A stretch of 64,000 nucleotides of DNA from Candidatus Babeliales bacterium (lineage in GTDB: Bacteria > Babelota > Babeliae > Babelales > JANWKD01), in contig CAVXJH010000003.1 in the NCBI GenBank assembly GCA_963762115.1, positions 522,418 through 586,417 of the forward strand. Reading direction: 5' to 3'. A program made the position numbers and the translations under genes. The stretch's first letter is position 1. Every line of letters begins with the position of its first letter. Positions 60,513-64,000 of the stretch are shown here, piece after piece. Under the pieces are notes generated by a model. It was not told the DNA's origin and ran no database searches. It saw nothing but the letters and a program-made list of their open reading frames with translations.

Positions 60513-61805
60513 ATGAAAAAACACCTTTATTCTCTTATTCTCATTTTTCTATTGGCAGGCGCCCCAAGCGCTCAGCTTTATGCAGAAAACACCGTAACAC
60601 CCTGCCAAAACCAGGAGGAAACCTGGTTAACGATTATTGTGCATGGCATCATCAACCCAAAACCACATATTTCATTATCCAATATTATTCTTGTCATGCG
60701 TGATCAAATTGAAAATTCACTCTATGCGCATACCGTTGATATCACCCGTAATGACCCTTTTTTCTATCAATATCATCCCATGCAGGCCCCAGGTTTACAA
60801 AAAATTGATATGCATGACTTTAAAGAAGGAAGTGCATCGACCGCTTTTGCCCATGTTTATGATGCAATGAGCAAACTCAATCAGAAAATTCCTTGCACTA
60901 ATGAATATTATACCTTTGGCTGGTCAGGCCTCTTAGGCACTAAAATTCGTACTATTGATGCAGAAATTTTTTATTGGCAATTAACGCAAGAATTAAAAAA
61001 ATATCACGCTCAAAATATATTCCCTAAAATTAGAATTATTGGTTATAGTCATGGGGGCCACATTACGTTACATTTGGCAACCATTCATGCAAAACAAGAA
61101 ACTGAAAACGCATTACAAGCCATTGATGAAGTCATTTTACTCGGCTTGCCCGTGGTGTGTGATACAGATCATTTGGTTGCAGCACCCTTATTTAAAAAGG
61201 TATTTCACGTATATTCTCCTGGAGACAGAGTACAAATTTCTGATTTTTTGGCATGTCATCGTTTCCTTTCAAACCGCATGTTCAAATCTCGCTCAGATTT
61301 CACCATTCCTGATAACCTTTATCAAATAGAATTGCGCTGGAAACGGCTCGCACGCACAAAGAAAAAGTATACTTTTCCGCACTACCCAAAATGGCTTATT
61401 CGCAACGCCGACCCTGGCCACACAGAACTCTTCTCTTTTGGTTGGATTTATAATTATCGCGATTATATGCCTTTTTATCCCTTACCCGCAGTATGTTATC
61501 TTGGCTATATTTTACAGGCTATTGAGCAAGCAGCCAGCGAAACACGTGCTATCACTGTTGATATCAGGCCTTTCCAAGATTGTATGTTTTTGCAAGATAA
61601 AAACAGTAAAAAGATCAATAAAATACCCTTTTTAACCCAAGAACAACAAGAATACTTTCGATGCCTCGTAAACCCTTTTAAGCCACAAGGGTTTAATCAC
61701 CAGGTTTTTAGTGAAAAAACAGCAAAAACGCTCAGTAAAGCTAAAAAGGTTCAGAAGAAACTAGAAAATCAACAAAAACAGGTAAAAAGAGATCGGCATG
61801 TTTGA
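60513..61805 (+). CDS. Secreted alpha/beta hydrolase-like protein
   Basis: VHG, FGWSG, GYSHGG, D.VQ, GH motifs. Confidence 0.75.
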   Translation: MKKHLYSLILIFLLAGAPSAQLYAENTVTPCQNQEETWLTIIVHGIINPKPHISLSNIILVMRDQIENSLYAHTVDITRNDPFFYQYHPMQAPGLQKIDMHDFKEGSASTAFAHVYDAMSKLNQKIPCTNEYYTFGWSGLLGTKIRTIDAEIFYWQLTQELKKYHAQNIFPKIRIIGYSHGGHITLHLATIHAKQETENALQAIDEVILLGLPVVCDTDHLVAAPLFKKVFHVYSPGDRVQISDFLACHRFLSNRMFKSRSDFTIPDNLYQIELRWKRLARTKKKYTFPHYPKWLIRNADPGHTELFSFGWIYNYRDYMPFYPLPAVCYLGYILQAIEQAASETRAITVDIRPFQDCMFLQDKNSKKINKIPFLTQEQQEYFRCLVNPFKPQGFNHQVFSEKTAKTLSKAKKVQKKLENQQKQVKRDRHV

Positions 61806-61882
61806 TTTTCAGACATGAAATCACTAAAAGATGTTTGATTTTTCGACATGGAATTGTTATAGTATGTTTGATTTTTAAACAT
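61798..61882. promoter_or_regulatory. Three imperfect 19-bp palindromes at a 33-bp period (putative operators)
   Basis: atgtttgattttcagacat 61798, atgtttgatttttcgacat 61831, atgtttgatttttaaacat 61864. Confidence 0.6.
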
Positions 61883-61901
61883 CATTATAGCGGAGATTCG
61901 A

Positions 61902-63259
61902 TTGAAAAGGCTTATTGATACTCATCTTCTCACGTGGAAAAATGATGAATCTCGAAAGCCCTTACTTTTAAGGGGCGCTCGACAAATAGGAAAAACATTT
62001 GCCGTACGTATTTTAGGCACCAATTTTGAAAATTTTATTGAAATTAATTTTGAACTCACCCCTGATGCAACATTACTTTTTGACAAAGATCTTCAACCCG
62101 AACGACTTATCAGAGAACTTTCTCTCTTTGTCGGCAAACAAATAATTCCGGGCAAAACATTATTATTTTTTGATGAAATTCAAGCTGCACCAAAAGTTCT
62201 TTCTGCTTTACGCTATTTTTATGAATTAATGCCATCTCTTCATGTGATTGCAGCAGGATCTTTATTAGATTTTACCACAGAAGAACTTGGCATTCCTGTC
62301 GGTAGAGTTATGTCGCTTTATATGTATCCCATGTCATTTATCGAATTTCTCTACGCGCTAAAACAAGAACTTTTAGTGGAAGAAATTCTAAAACATACTA
62401 CAGAAATGCCATTAAGCGAACCTATACACCAAAAACTACTATCATTTCTTGGAGAGTATTTAGCTATAGGAGGCATGCCTGAGATTGTCAAAACTTGGCA
62501 AGAAAAAAAGATATATTTGCCTGCTTTAGCTTACAACAAACACTTGTTGACACCTATCGACAAGATTTTAATAAATATGCAAAAAAATTCCAAATTAAGT
62601 ATTTAAACCTTCTTTTTGATCATGTTCCTTTACGCTTGGGCAAAAAATTTAAATATAGTGAAGTGAGCAGTGATCACCTGAAAAGAGAATTGGCTCCATG
62701 CCTTGATTTGCTCGCAACTGCTGGTGTTGTAAACAAAGTTAGATTCAGTGCCGGCAATGGAATTCCCTTGGGTGCACAGGTTGACACGCAGGATTTTAAA
62801 GTCATTTTTCTTGATATAGCATTAAGTCAGGTTATTCTTGGTCTTGACTTAGGCGCTTGGATAATAAATCCATTGCAACAATTTATCAATAAAGGCGAAC
62901 TCGTAGAAGCATTTGTTGGGCAAGAAATGTTAGCCTATGAAAACCCTTATAAAAAAGCTTCACTTTTTTATTGGCACAGAACTGAACGCAATAGCCAAGC
63001 CGAAATTGATTATCTTATTCAACAACAAGGAACCATTATTCCCATTGAGGTAAAAAGTGGCAGCGGAACAACACTTAAAAGTATGCAATTATTTTTAGAA
63101 AGTCATCCCAACTCACCCTATGGTATTAGATTTTCTACCCTTAATTACTCAGTATTTCAAAAAATACATTCGTACCCGCTCTATGCAATTGCAAAGGTTT
63201 TATTAGAAAACGCCAATTCATTCTCTGAAAACCATCAAAAAAACAAGCATTTAAACTAA
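61902..63259 (+). CDS. AAA+ ATPase (AAA_14) with DUF4143-type C-terminus, -1 frameshift at about 62504-62510
   Basis: GARQIGKT, FDEIQ, GGMPE in frame 0; EIDY...PIEVKS in the -1 frame; A_AAA_AAG at the junction. Confidence 0.8.
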
Positions 63260-63482
63260 GAGCTTATCCGAAAATTAAAAAGATTTGCCTCAAAAAGAAA
63301 TGTACTAAGAAAGTAATACGGTGTCATTCAGAGCGCGAGTGAAACGAGTGCGTGGAATCCAGTCTAATAATTATTTTCATTTTAAAGACTGGATCACTAC
63401 GGCACTTCGTGCCTCATGATGACACTGAGCAGGCTATTATTCTTCTTACCTTGATTAGAATTTGGAATTTTCGGATAAGCCC
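63260..63482. mobile_element. MITE with IS5/IS1031-like ends containing a REP doublet
   Basis: 17-bp TIRs (16/17) gagcttatccgaaaatt / aattttcggataagccc, TAA on both flanks; REP doublet at 63321-63425. Confidence 0.7.
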
Positions 63483-63581
63483 TAAAAAAGAGATCTATAA
63501 TTTCTACTTGTAATTTAATTATTTTTATATATACTATTATATATATGGAATTTAGTTATTTTAACCTGAAAAGGACCTGTA

Positions 63582-64000
63582 ATGATGACAAAAAAATCTC
63601 TTTTAACCCTGTTTTTAAGCGTAACTCTCATACCTCTATCATATGGCATGGAAGCTGGGTCTTTCGATCAAGAAATGACCGCCATGGTGATTGAAGAAAA
63701 AAATAGCAGTATTGAGTGTCTCAATAGTGACGGCAAAAGAATATTTACCTTTGAGATGCCTCTACAAACATTAGAATTATCAAAAACATTAAAAAATTCT
63801 CTCGATGCTTCAGATGAAGATGCTCATACAATAACCATAGCTCCTTCTTTCCATAATTTTTCATCAGGAGCATTAAAAATGACTCTGAATCTTATGAAAA
63901 CAGTTTCCAATAATAGTTCAGAAAGAAGAAGAAAGCCTTATACATCTTTTAGTAAACACAAATGAACCAAAAGATCTTTTACAACTTGCTCATGCTGCAT
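63582..64000 (+). CDS. Secreted Skp1/BTB-like protein, apparently frameshifted near 63900-63930 and running off the window
   Basis: NSDGKRIF...LSKTLKN resembles the Skp1 N-terminus; the +1 frame continues DLLQLAHAA. Confidence 0.5.

Noticed and set aside
1224..61635. Numerous 60-145 aa ORFs nested in or antisense to larger genes
   Set aside because: Shadow frames of well-supported genes with no motifs of their own.
61798..61882. Mini CRISPR array
   Set aside because: 19-bp imperfect repeats, 14-bp spacers and no cas genes.

Overview
AT-rich bacterial chromosome segment. Its gene content (many signal-peptide ankyrin and eukaryote-like proteins, multi-TM degenerate sigma54-type regulator, housekeeping sufS, cysK, tmk, holB, murG, PBP1A, gpsA, uppS, rnpB) suggests an intracellular protist parasite such as Dependentiae/TM6; this is inference and was not searched. 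The main find is a candidate mobile-element system. Two paralogous 98-aa stand-alone GIY-YIG nuclease genes (10571-10867, 36022-36318) each sit tightly between 53-57 bp inverted repeats built on a TGTC/CGTC-tagged REP-like hairpin. Related repeats occur as gene-less doublets (16806, 44382, 63321) and as a 2.2-kb pair bracketing a bacteriocin-like operon (48035-50277). Other observations: an RNase P RNA apparently lacking P18 and overlapping a CDS, a junction duplication carrying two different ankyrin genes, a recurring signal-peptide/Met-Glu motif, ubiquitin-system mimics, a polymorphic toxin-immunity pair, an IS5-like MITE and three frameshifted genes. All alignments and counts were done by eye; no database searches were run.
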